Shown here: one piece after another, positions 6,831 to 12,097 of the stretch
Numbering within the stretch: position 1 is the first letter of the stretch
How the letters are laid out: the number at the start of each line of letters is the position of its first letter
DNA from: a virus
UHGV virus genome: UHGV-0124803
Length of the DNA stretch: 12,097 nucleotides
Direction: 5' to 3' (one strand)
Position numbers and translations under genes: made by a program
Notes under the pieces: generated by a model
The model's input: only the letters and a program-made list of their open reading frames with translations
The model's database searches: none
What the model was told of the DNA's origin: nothing

Positions 6831-6850
6831 GCGCGATAGCGCATTTTTTT
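6831..6850 (+). terminator. Weak terminator-like element after the P-like gene (GCGC-gata-GCGC then ATTTTTTT)
   Basis: Only a 4-bp stem but a 7-T run immediately downstream of the P stop; low confidence. Confidence 0.3.
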
Positions 6851-6855
6851 ACGTC

Positions 6856-6883
6856 TTGACAATTACCTGTTAGGTAATAAAAT
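6856..6883 (+). promoter_or_regulatory. Third repressor-gated promoter (-35 TTGACA 6856-6861, 16-nt spacer, -10 TAAAAT 6878-6883)
   Basis: Consensus -35 and 5/6 -10 at good spacing; an operator palindrome fills the spacer and a second lies 62 bp downstream at the RBS of the first accessory gene. Confidence 0.5.
6863..6877. promoter_or_regulatory. Operator site O3-a (TTACCtgttaGGTAA)
   Basis: Perfect 15-bp palindrome exactly between the -35 and -10 of the third promoter. Confidence 0.6.
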
Positions 6884-6924
6884 ATTCTAAACTCTATTGA
6901 TTTCGTGTCTTATGTGGTTTTTAA

Positions 6925-6939
6925 TTACCTCTGGGGTAA
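6925..6939. promoter_or_regulatory. Operator site O3-b (TTACCtctggGGTAA)
   Basis: Perfect palindrome 62 bp (centre to centre) from O3-a, the same spacing as the OL pair; 4 nt upstream of the ATG at 6943. Confidence 0.6.
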
Positions 6940-6942
6940 ATC

Positions 6943-7287
6943 ATGAGAAAACAGATACAGGCTCTTGGTCGACTCAAAACAGGCCAGATGAACAAAACAG
7001 AATCTGCGTATTGCCAGCACCTTGAGCAGCGTAAACGTGCAGGGGAAATCGCCTGGTATCGATTCGAGGGTATCAAGCTGCGGTTAGCTGACAACACGTT
7101 CTATACGCCCGATTTTGCTGTGATGCTCGCCACCGGCGAGATGGAACTGCACGAAGTGAAAGGTTTCTGGACCGACGATGCCAGGGTGAAAACCAAAGTC
7201 GCCGCAGATCAGTATCCGTTCCGAATCATCGGGGTAACGGTTAAGCCAAAGAAAGCAGGTGGTGGCTGGAACATCGAAGAGTTCTGA
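6943..7287 (+). CDS. DUF1064-like putative PD-(D/E)xK nuclease
   Basis: 114-aa ORF; pattern KTESAYCQHLEQRKRAGEI...YTPDFAV...ELHEVKGFWT matches my recollection of the DUF1064 / restriction-endonuclease-like fold (D ... E-x-K). Confidence 0.5.
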   Translation: MRKQIQALGRLKTGQMNKTESAYCQHLEQRKRAGEIAWYRFEGIKLRLADNTFYTPDFAVMLATGEMELHEVKGFWTDDARVKTKVAADQYPFRIIGVTVKPKKAGGGWNIEEF

Positions 7288-7348
7288 ATCGACGATCTTT
7301 TTAGTTATCAATGTAATCAATAAGTTATGTGGATAAGCGAGGGTAAAG

Positions 7349-7831
7349 ATGGAAAGTAATATCAAAGGGTTAGTTGCCGCCGGGCATGAGATGGCTTCGG
7401 AACTGAAAGCAGAATGTGGTGCCGTTGATATGCGCAGTGTGGCAAAGCTGATCAGCGATTTGGCAACGCAACTGGAAGTTCAGTTGGTGCGTGCTAATGC
7501 GCTGGCGGCGGAGAATGCGGCGTTTAAGGACATAAACGCATGGTGCAAAACAGATGCGTTCAGCAACATGTATCGTGAGTTCAAAACAGCAGAAGCAGTT
7601 GGATGTTGCAACATTGACTGTATGCATGACGCAATGGTGGTCGCAATTATGCACGCACCAGAAGCGCCAGCCACCGATGTTTTTCTGGCTGAAATTGAAC
7701 GCAAAGCAATCCGCAAATTCATTAACAGCATTGAACACATCCTGCGTGACAAGCTGTATCCGTATGACACCGAAGAGATGCTTGAGGCTATGCGTATTTT
7801 TCTGGAAGAACAGGGAGGCGAGCAAAAATGA
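7349..7831 (+). CDS. Hypothetical protein (160 aa)
   Basis: ORF with RBS GAGGG 5 nt upstream of the ATG; stop overlaps the next start (ATGA); antisense ORFs here are Cys/His-rich and lack RBSs. Confidence 0.55.
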   Translation: MESNIKGLVAAGHEMASELKAECGAVDMRSVAKLISDLATQLEVQLVRANALAAENAAFKDINAWCKTDAFSNMYREFKTAEAVGCCNIDCMHDAMVVAIMHAPEAPATDVFLAEIERKAIRKFINSIEHILRDKLYPYDTEEMLEAMRIFLEEQGGEQK

Positions 7832-8145
7832 CGATCACAAAACAACGTGTAGAAGAAATCATATCCCGCATTGAAATGTATGGGCATGGTGCAGGGTATA
7901 CCGCTGACGAGGTTTATGACCTGGCTGTACTGGCGCTGAATTTATCAAATATCGCAAACCTGAAGCGATACGAGCTTGATATGGATGGTTGTGACTCGTT
8001 CGGTCAGGATTGTGGAGCTGACATGACTGAAGATTCTGATGGCGATTATGTCCTGTTTGATGACGTGGTTAAGTTGTTTGAGTTTGATACAACCACTCAG
8101 AAGCCAGAAAGCCCAGCAAAGGAGGCAACCAGTGAGCGAAATTAA
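7828..8145 (+). CDS. Hypothetical acidic protein (105 aa); N-terminal module shared with the 9111 protein
   Basis: RBS AGGGAGG upstream; N-terminus MTITKQRVEEIISRIEMYG resembles MTTITKERLLTIKQWRETYG of the 9111..9941 product. Confidence 0.5.
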   Translation: MTITKQRVEEIISRIEMYGHGAGYTADEVYDLAVLALNLSNIANLKRYELDMDGCDSFGQDCGADMTEDSDGDYVLFDDVVKLFEFDTTTQKPESPAKEATSERN

Positions 8146-8818
8146 TTACCAGGCACTGCGTGAGGCGGCGGAACGTGCAATTCCGGCAATGGAACGCCTG
8201 TTAATGTTGCCAGTTGATGATGATTTGTTAAGTGAACAGGAACTTAAAGATTACGGTGTGGATATTGATGCGCTCAACGCCTTCAAATTTCTGACCGGAC
8301 CAGAAACCGTGCTGGCACTACTGGATGAACGGGAAAGGAACCAGCAATACATCAAACGCCGCGACCAGGAGAACGAGGATATTGCGCTTACGGTTGGGAG
8401 GCTGCGCGTTGAGCTGGAAGGCAAAGACAGCAAAATAGCCAATCTTACCGCCGAACGCGATGCTCTTCGTGAAGGTGAGATGGGCGACGCTAGGCATAGC
8501 AACACACGGGCCGCAGCTGATATCTACTTCCAACTGGTCGAGGAGTGCGAAATTCCTGCTGGCGGATCTCTGGTCGAGTACGTTGACGATATGCGCGAGA
8601 AGCTGGAAGCCGCAGAGAAGCGCATTGCAGAGTTAGAAAGTGGTTCTGAGGCACAAAAGTTAGTTGAAGCAATCATTGTTGCGATAGAAAACGAACAGGA
8701 AAGGCTTTTTGATGAAGATTACCTAATGGATTCGAAAGAATGCATTGACGTAATTCGTGAAGAAGTAAAGCGATGGAATGATTCCCGTGCCGCTGGCATT
8801 CGCATCAAAGGAGAGTGA
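8132..8818 (+). CDS. Ea22-like family protein (coiled-coil)
   Basis: GTG start at 8132 with RBS AAAGGAGG 6 nt upstream (the track ORF starts further upstream at 8039); segment LLDERERNQQYIKRRDQENEDIALTVGRLRVELE matches my recollection of prophage Ea22-like proteins. Longer than lambda Ea22, so a homologue rather than the lambda gene. Confidence 0.55.
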   Translation: MSEINYQALREAAERAIPAMERLLMLPVDDDLLSEQELKDYGVDIDALNAFKFLTGPETVLALLDERERNQQYIKRRDQENEDIALTVGRLRVELEGKDSKIANLTAERDALREGEMGDARHSNTRAAADIYFQLVEECEIPAGGSLVEYVDDMREKLEAAEKRIAELESGSEAQKLVEAIIVAIENEQERLFDEDYLMDSKECIDVIREEVKRWNDSRAAGIRIKGE

Positions 8819-8819
8819 T

Positions 8820-9107
8820 ATGGCAACTTTGCAGGAATTAATCGACCTGACGCCAGAACAGGAAAAAGCGTGGAATCGCCTTGTGAAGGCTGTAAAGGAT
8901 TTCAGGGCAGCCGGAGGAAAGTTTTATAGCGTCCTGGACACGCTGAGCGCATACAACGGCGAGCACGTTGCCAGCATTGATAACGATAAGGGCTACCACA
9001 CTGCAAGCGTCTATATGCCTAGCATTGATGCGCCAGGGCTAACCAGTTGGGCTGATGATTGGCACGGCATCACGCTGAAAGATGGCGTTGAAGTGGATGA
9101 GGACTAA
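8820..9107 (+). CDS. Hypothetical protein (95 aa)
   Basis: ATG at 8820 with RBS AAGGAGAG 5 nt upstream, immediately after the Ea22-like stop; no recognisable motif. Confidence 0.5.
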   Translation: MATLQELIDLTPEQEKAWNRLVKAVKDFRAAGGKFYSVLDTLSAYNGEHVASIDNDKGYHTASVYMPSIDAPGLTSWADDWHGITLKDGVEVDED

Positions 9108-9110
9108 CAC

Positions 9111-9941
9111 ATGACCACTATTACCAAAGAGCGACTACTGACAATCAAGCAGTGGCGCGAAACATACGGACCTGGTAGCAACGTTGTACTGCCAGCAGAA
9201 GAAGCGGAAGAGCTGGCACGGATTGCGCTGGCATCGCTGGAAGCAGAGCCTGTTCTGTATCAGTCCTGCACTCGCCCCACCTGGAATAGCGGTGTTCCGT
9301 GGACGGAATGGAAAGAACGTAGTCGTGAGGGCTACGAAGACGATTTGCGCTTTACAGACACGCCTGACCATGCCGGTTGGATAAACAAATGCCGAAAACT
9401 ATATACCACTCCGCCAGCGCCGGTAATACAGGCTGATGTCGCGCAAGCAATTGAAAATCTCAAGCAGAAGTTAGTGGAATGCAATCGCTATAACTACTGC
9501 GCAGATGCAGTTAAAGGCGTAGAGGATGCCTGCCGTGCTGTTAGCTATAGCCAAGCCGACAATCAACCAGCATCTGGCAACCAGGCTGCCGAATCCAATC
9601 GCAGTAATGAGTGGACCGGCAATCCTGATATTGATAACGCCATCATCATGCTCGACCGCATAGATACGCTGGAAAATTGCGATGATGACCGTATTGAGGC
9701 GGTTAAGGCTGTTTTGCGTAGACTGGCTGGCAACTATCCGGTAACTCCGGATGGTTGGATAAGCTGTAGTGAGCGAATGCCGGATAAGTTAATTCCGGTA
9801 ATGGTCATGTATGAAGACGGTGAGATGTGGTCTGCAATGTGGAATGGCAATCGCTGGGATGATGGCACCGAATATCCGGATCCGCACTCAGTTACGCACT
9901 GGCGTGAAATGCCAGCAGCACCGCAGCAGGAGGTGAAGTGA
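9111..9941 (+). CDS. DUF551 domain protein
   Basis: 276-aa ORF; C-terminal GWISCSERMPDKLIPVMV ... VTHWREMPAAP matches the DUF551 pattern as I recall it; RBS GAGGA upstream. Confidence 0.55.
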   Translation: MTTITKERLLTIKQWRETYGPGSNVVLPAEEAEELARIALASLEAEPVLYQSCTRPTWNSGVPWTEWKERSREGYEDDLRFTDTPDHAGWINKCRKLYTTPPAPVIQADVAQAIENLKQKLVECNRYNYCADAVKGVEDACRAVSYSQADNQPASGNQAAESNRSNEWTGNPDIDNAIIMLDRIDTLENCDDDRIEAVKAVLRRLAGNYPVTPDGWISCSERMPDKLIPVMVMYEDGEMWSAMWNGNRWDDGTEYPDPHSVTHWREMPAAPQQEVK

Positions 9942-10162
9942 TGGACTCCTTCGCGAAATATACGATTATTGACTGGATAGCCTTCCTTCAGGTTTTGCTC
10001 ATCTGGTTTTATATGGCTTACAGGAGTGGACAGTGGATTGTCAGTGTAGCCTGTAGCAAGGGATGGCGTTGGTGGAACCGAAAGAATAAAAAGCGCTGGC
10101 CTTGGATTCGTTTTACGAAGCATTCAATCTTAACAGTCTTCAGCCTGGTTCTGTCGTTGTAG
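9941..10162 (+). CDS. Small hydrophobic (probable membrane) protein, 73 aa
   Basis: ATG overlaps the upstream stop (TGATG); hydrophobic N-terminal helix (IIDWIAFLQVLLIWFYMAY), basic W/R/K-rich middle, hydrophobic C-terminus. Confidence 0.35.
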   Translation: MDSFAKYTIIDWIAFLQVLLIWFYMAYRSGQWIVSVACSKGWRWWNRKNKKRWPWIRFTKHSILTVFSLVLSL

Positions 10163-10216
10163 TCACCACTCAAAGCGGCATGACGATACAAATTCACAAG
10201 CCAAAGGAGGAAGGTC

Positions 10217-10501
10217 GTGGCTAACCTGCAACTTGCCGTTAAAGGTGAATACTTCGATGCCATGATTCGCGGAGAGAAAACGGAAGAGTATCGCCTGTGT
10301 AATGACTACTGGAATAAGCGAATTATGTTCCGCGAGTATGACCGCCTGATTATCACAAAGGGATATCCGAAGCGCGACGATTCCAGCCGCAGAATTGACG
10401 TCCCGTATGACGGATATGAAATCAAGACAATCACACATCCCCACTTCGGTGATAAACCGGTAAAGGTGTTCGCGATAAAGGTGAATATCGGCAATGAATA
10501 A
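10217..10501 (+). CDS. ASCH/PUA-like domain protein (DUF3850-like), 94 aa
   Basis: GTG start with strong RBS AAAGGAGG 6 nt upstream; pattern LQLAVKGEYFDAMIRGEKTEEYRLCND resembles ASCH/DUF3850 proteins as I recall them. Confidence 0.5.
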   Translation: MANLQLAVKGEYFDAMIRGEKTEEYRLCNDYWNKRIMFREYDRLIITKGYPKRDDSSRRIDVPYDGYEIKTITHPHFGDKPVKVFAIKVNIGNE

Positions 10502-10573
10502 CAATCCTCGCACTCGCGGGGATTTCTTTTATCTGAACTCGCTACGGCGAGTTTTGTTTTATGGAGATGATAA

Positions 10574-10741
10574 ATGCACTTCCGAGTCACAGGTGAATGG
10601 AATGGAGAACCATTCAACAGAGTTATCGAAGCAGAGAACATCAATGACTGCTATGACCACTGGATGCTGTGGGCGCAGATAGCACATGCAGACGTAACCA
10701 ATATTCGAATTGAAGAACTGAAAGAACACCAAGCCGCCTGA
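10574..10741 (+). CDS. 55-codon small ORF upstream of xis (resembles my recollection of a lambda orf-55)
   Basis: Hand-read ORF MHFRVTGEWNGEPFNRVIEAENINDCYDHWMLWAQIAHADVTNIRIEELKEHQAA with RBS GGAG 7 nt upstream; the stop is embedded in a terminator hairpin; not in the ORF track. Confidence 0.4.
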   Translation: MHFRVTGEWNGEPFNRVIEAENINDCYDHWMLWAQIAHADVTNIRIEELKEHQAA

Positions 10742-10753
10742 TGGCGGTTTTTT
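10733..10753 (+). terminator. Intrinsic terminator hairpin immediately upstream of xis
   Basis: Stem GCCGCC/GGCGG(T), loop TGAT, followed by TTTTTT. Confidence 0.5.
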
Positions 10754-10754
10754 C

Positions 10755-10768
10755 TTGCGTGTAATTGC
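10755..10768 (+). promoter_or_regulatory. pI-type CII-activated promoter box (TTGC-N6-TTGC: TTGCgtgtaaTTGC)
   Basis: Tetrad repeat with 6-bp spacing placed so that transcription would start inside xis; this is the lambda pI arrangement as I know it. Confidence 0.5.
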
Positions 10769-10780
10769 GGAGACTTTGCG

Positions 10781-10999
10781 ATGTACTTGACACTTCAGGA
10801 GTGGAACGCACGCCAGCGACGCCCAAGAAGCCTTGAAACAGTTCGTCGATGGGTACGCGAGTGCAGGATATTCCCTCCTCCGGTTAAGGATGGAAGAGAG
10901 TATCTGTTCCACGAATCAGCGGTAAAGGTTGACTTAAATCGACCAGTAACAGGTAGCCTTTTGAAGAGGATCAGAAATGGGAAGAAGGCGAAGTCATGA
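10781..10999 (+). CDS. xis: Excisionase Xis (lambda-type)
   Basis: 72-aa product MYLTLQEWNARQRRPRSLETVRRWVRECRIFPPPVKDGREYLFHESAVKVDLNRPVTGSLLKRIRNGKKAKS, which I recognise as lambda Xis; 23-nt overlap with int as in lambda. Confidence 0.95.
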   Translation: MYLTLQEWNARQRRPRSLETVRRWVRECRIFPPPVKDGREYLFHESAVKVDLNRPVTGSLLKRIRNGKKAKS

Positions 11000-12047
11000 G
11001 CGCCGGGATTTACCCCCTAACCTTTATATAAGAAACAATGGATATTACTGCTACAGGGACCCAAGGACGGGTAAAGAGTTTGGATTAGGCCGAGACAGGC
11101 GAATCGCAATCACTGAAGCTATACAGGCCAACATTGAGTTATTTTCAGGACACAAACACAAGCCTCTGACAGCGAGAATCAACAGTGATAATTCTGTTAC
11201 GTTACATTCATGGCTTGATCGCTACGAAAAAATCCTCGCCAGCAGAGGAATCAAGCAGAAGACTCTCATAAATTACATGAGCAAAATTAAAGCAATAAGG
11301 AGGGGTCTGCCTGATGCTCCACTTGAAGACATCACCACAAAAGAAATTGCGGCAATGCTCAATGGATACATAGACGAGGGCAAGGCTGCGTCAGCCAAGT
11401 TAATCAGATCAACACTGAGCGATGCATTCCGAGAGGCAATAGCTGAAGGCCATATAACAACAAACCCGGTCGCTGCCACTCGCGCAGCAAAATCAGAGGT
11501 AAGGAGATCAAGACTTACGGCTGACGAATACCTGAAAATTTATCAAGCAGCAGAATCATCACCATATTGGCTAAGACTTGCAATGGAACTGGCTGTTGTT
11601 ACCGGGCAACGAGTTGGTGATTTATGCGAAATGAAGTGGTCTGATATCGTAGATGGATATCTTTATGTCGAGCAAAGCAAAACAGGCGTAAAAATTGCCA
11701 TCCCAACAGCATTGCATGTTGATGCTCTCGGGATATCAATGAAGGAAACACTTGATAAATGCAAAGAGATTCTTGGCGGAGAAACCATAATTGCATCTAC
11801 TCGTCGTGAACCGCTTTCATCCGGCACAGTATCAAGGTATTTTATGCGCGCACGAAAAGCATCAGGTCTTTCCTTCGAAGGGGATCCGCCAACCTTTCAC
11901 GAGTTGCGCAGTTTGTCTGCAAGACTCTATGAGAAGCAGATAAGCGATAAGTTTGCTCAACATCTTCTCGGGCATAAGTCGGACACCATGGCATCACAGT
12001 ATCGTGATGACAGAGGCAGGGAGTGGGACAAAATTGAAATCAAATAA
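10977..12047 (+). CDS. int: Tyrosine integrase Int (lambda-type)
   Basis: 356-aa product starting MGRRRSHERRDLPPNLYIRNNGYYCYRDPRTGKEFGLGRDRR, essentially lambda Int as I recall it; catalytic-region motifs HELRSLSARL and LGH...SQYRDD...W present. Confidence 0.97.
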   Translation: MGRRRSHERRDLPPNLYIRNNGYYCYRDPRTGKEFGLGRDRRIAITEAIQANIELFSGHKHKPLTARINSDNSVTLHSWLDRYEKILASRGIKQKTLINYMSKIKAIRRGLPDAPLEDITTKEIAAMLNGYIDEGKAASAKLIRSTLSDAFREAIAEGHITTNPVAATRAAKSEVRRSRLTADEYLKIYQAAESSPYWLRLAMELAVVTGQRVGDLCEMKWSDIVDGYLYVEQSKTGVKIAIPTALHVDALGISMKETLDKCKEILGGETIIASTRREPLSSGTVSRYFMRARKASGLSFEGDPPTFHELRSLSARLYEKQISDKFAQHLLGHKSDTMASQYRDDRGREWDKIEIK

Positions 12048-12097
12048 TGATTTTATTTTGACTGATAGTGACCTGTTCGTTGCAACAAATTGATAAG
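12044..12097. other. attP P' arm: Int arm-type sites (P'3, P'2, P'1) and IHF H' site; window ends before the core
   Basis: Window sequence is the reverse complement of the lambda P' arm as I recall it: arm-type sites at 12044-12053, 12055-12064, 12065-12074 (rc AGGTCACTAT and relatives) and an IHF-like TATCAATTTGTTG on the minus strand at about 12084-12096. Confidence 0.8.

Larger units (their letters stand above)
1..12097. mobile_element. Lambdoid temperate phage/prophage early region (recombination, immunity, replication, accessory genes, xis-int, edge of att site)
   Basis: Gene content and order: RecT/YqaJ operon, divergent repressor/cro pair, O-like and P-like replication genes, lambda-type xis/int and attP P' arm at the right edge. 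Confidence 0.9.

Noticed and set aside
7370-7887. Long minus-strand ORFs (7370..7825, 7480..7887) antisense to the 7349..7831 gene
   Set aside because: No RBS; Cys/His-rich low-complexity translations; the plus-strand gene has a good RBS and is coupled to its neighbours. Treated as shadow ORFs.
10217-10501. Identity of the ASCH-like gene with lambda ea8.5
   Set aside because: Position and size are similar, but the product has one Cys and few His, inconsistent with what I recall of Ea8.5 as a zinc-finger-containing fold; identity not asserted.
8251-10912. Minus-strand ORFs antisense to the accessory genes, xis and int (8251..8505, 8318..8533, 8490..8672, 9135..9371, 9734..10123, 10018..10263, 10163..10513, 10306..10644, 10559..10912, 10641..10826, 11273..11479, 11599..11796)
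   Set aside because: Opposite-strand genes have strong RBSs and translational coupling, or are recognisable lambda xis/int; no independent support.
1-12097. CRISPR arrays, tRNA/rRNA genes, IS elements or transposase genes
   Set aside because: No regularly spaced direct repeats, no tRNA-like structures and no transposase-like ORFs were seen on reading the window.

Overview
This window looks like the early half (recombination, immunity, replication, integration) of a mosaic lambdoid temperate phage or prophage; all calls are from reading the sequence and from memory of protein families, with no searches run. Minus-strand operon (about 3845 down to 50): two small ORFs, a YqaJ-type exonuclease, a RecT annealase, an AlpA-like HTH protein, a small ORF and an MT-A70 adenine methyltransferase. 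Centre: a 194-aa tandem-HTH repressor with no peptidase domain (minus), divergent from a cro-like gene (plus). Plus strand: cro-like gene, a terminator, a small Cys/His protein, an O-like replication initiator with candidate origin repeats inside it, and a lambda P-like helicase loader. After P there is a second promoter carrying the same operator motif, driving an accessory cluster (DUF1064-like nuclease, unknowns, Ea22-like, DUF551 protein, small membrane protein, ASCH-like protein, a 55-codon ORF), then xis and int that I recognise as lambda-type, ending in the P' arm of attP. The most striking sequence-level signal is a 15-bp palindrome TTACC-N5-GGTAA present at six perfect intergenic sites, all at promoters. 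I cannot point to a recognisable complete defence system; the accessory cluster and the operator network are the best candidates for something undescribed. No rRNA, tRNA, CRISPR array or IS element was seen.
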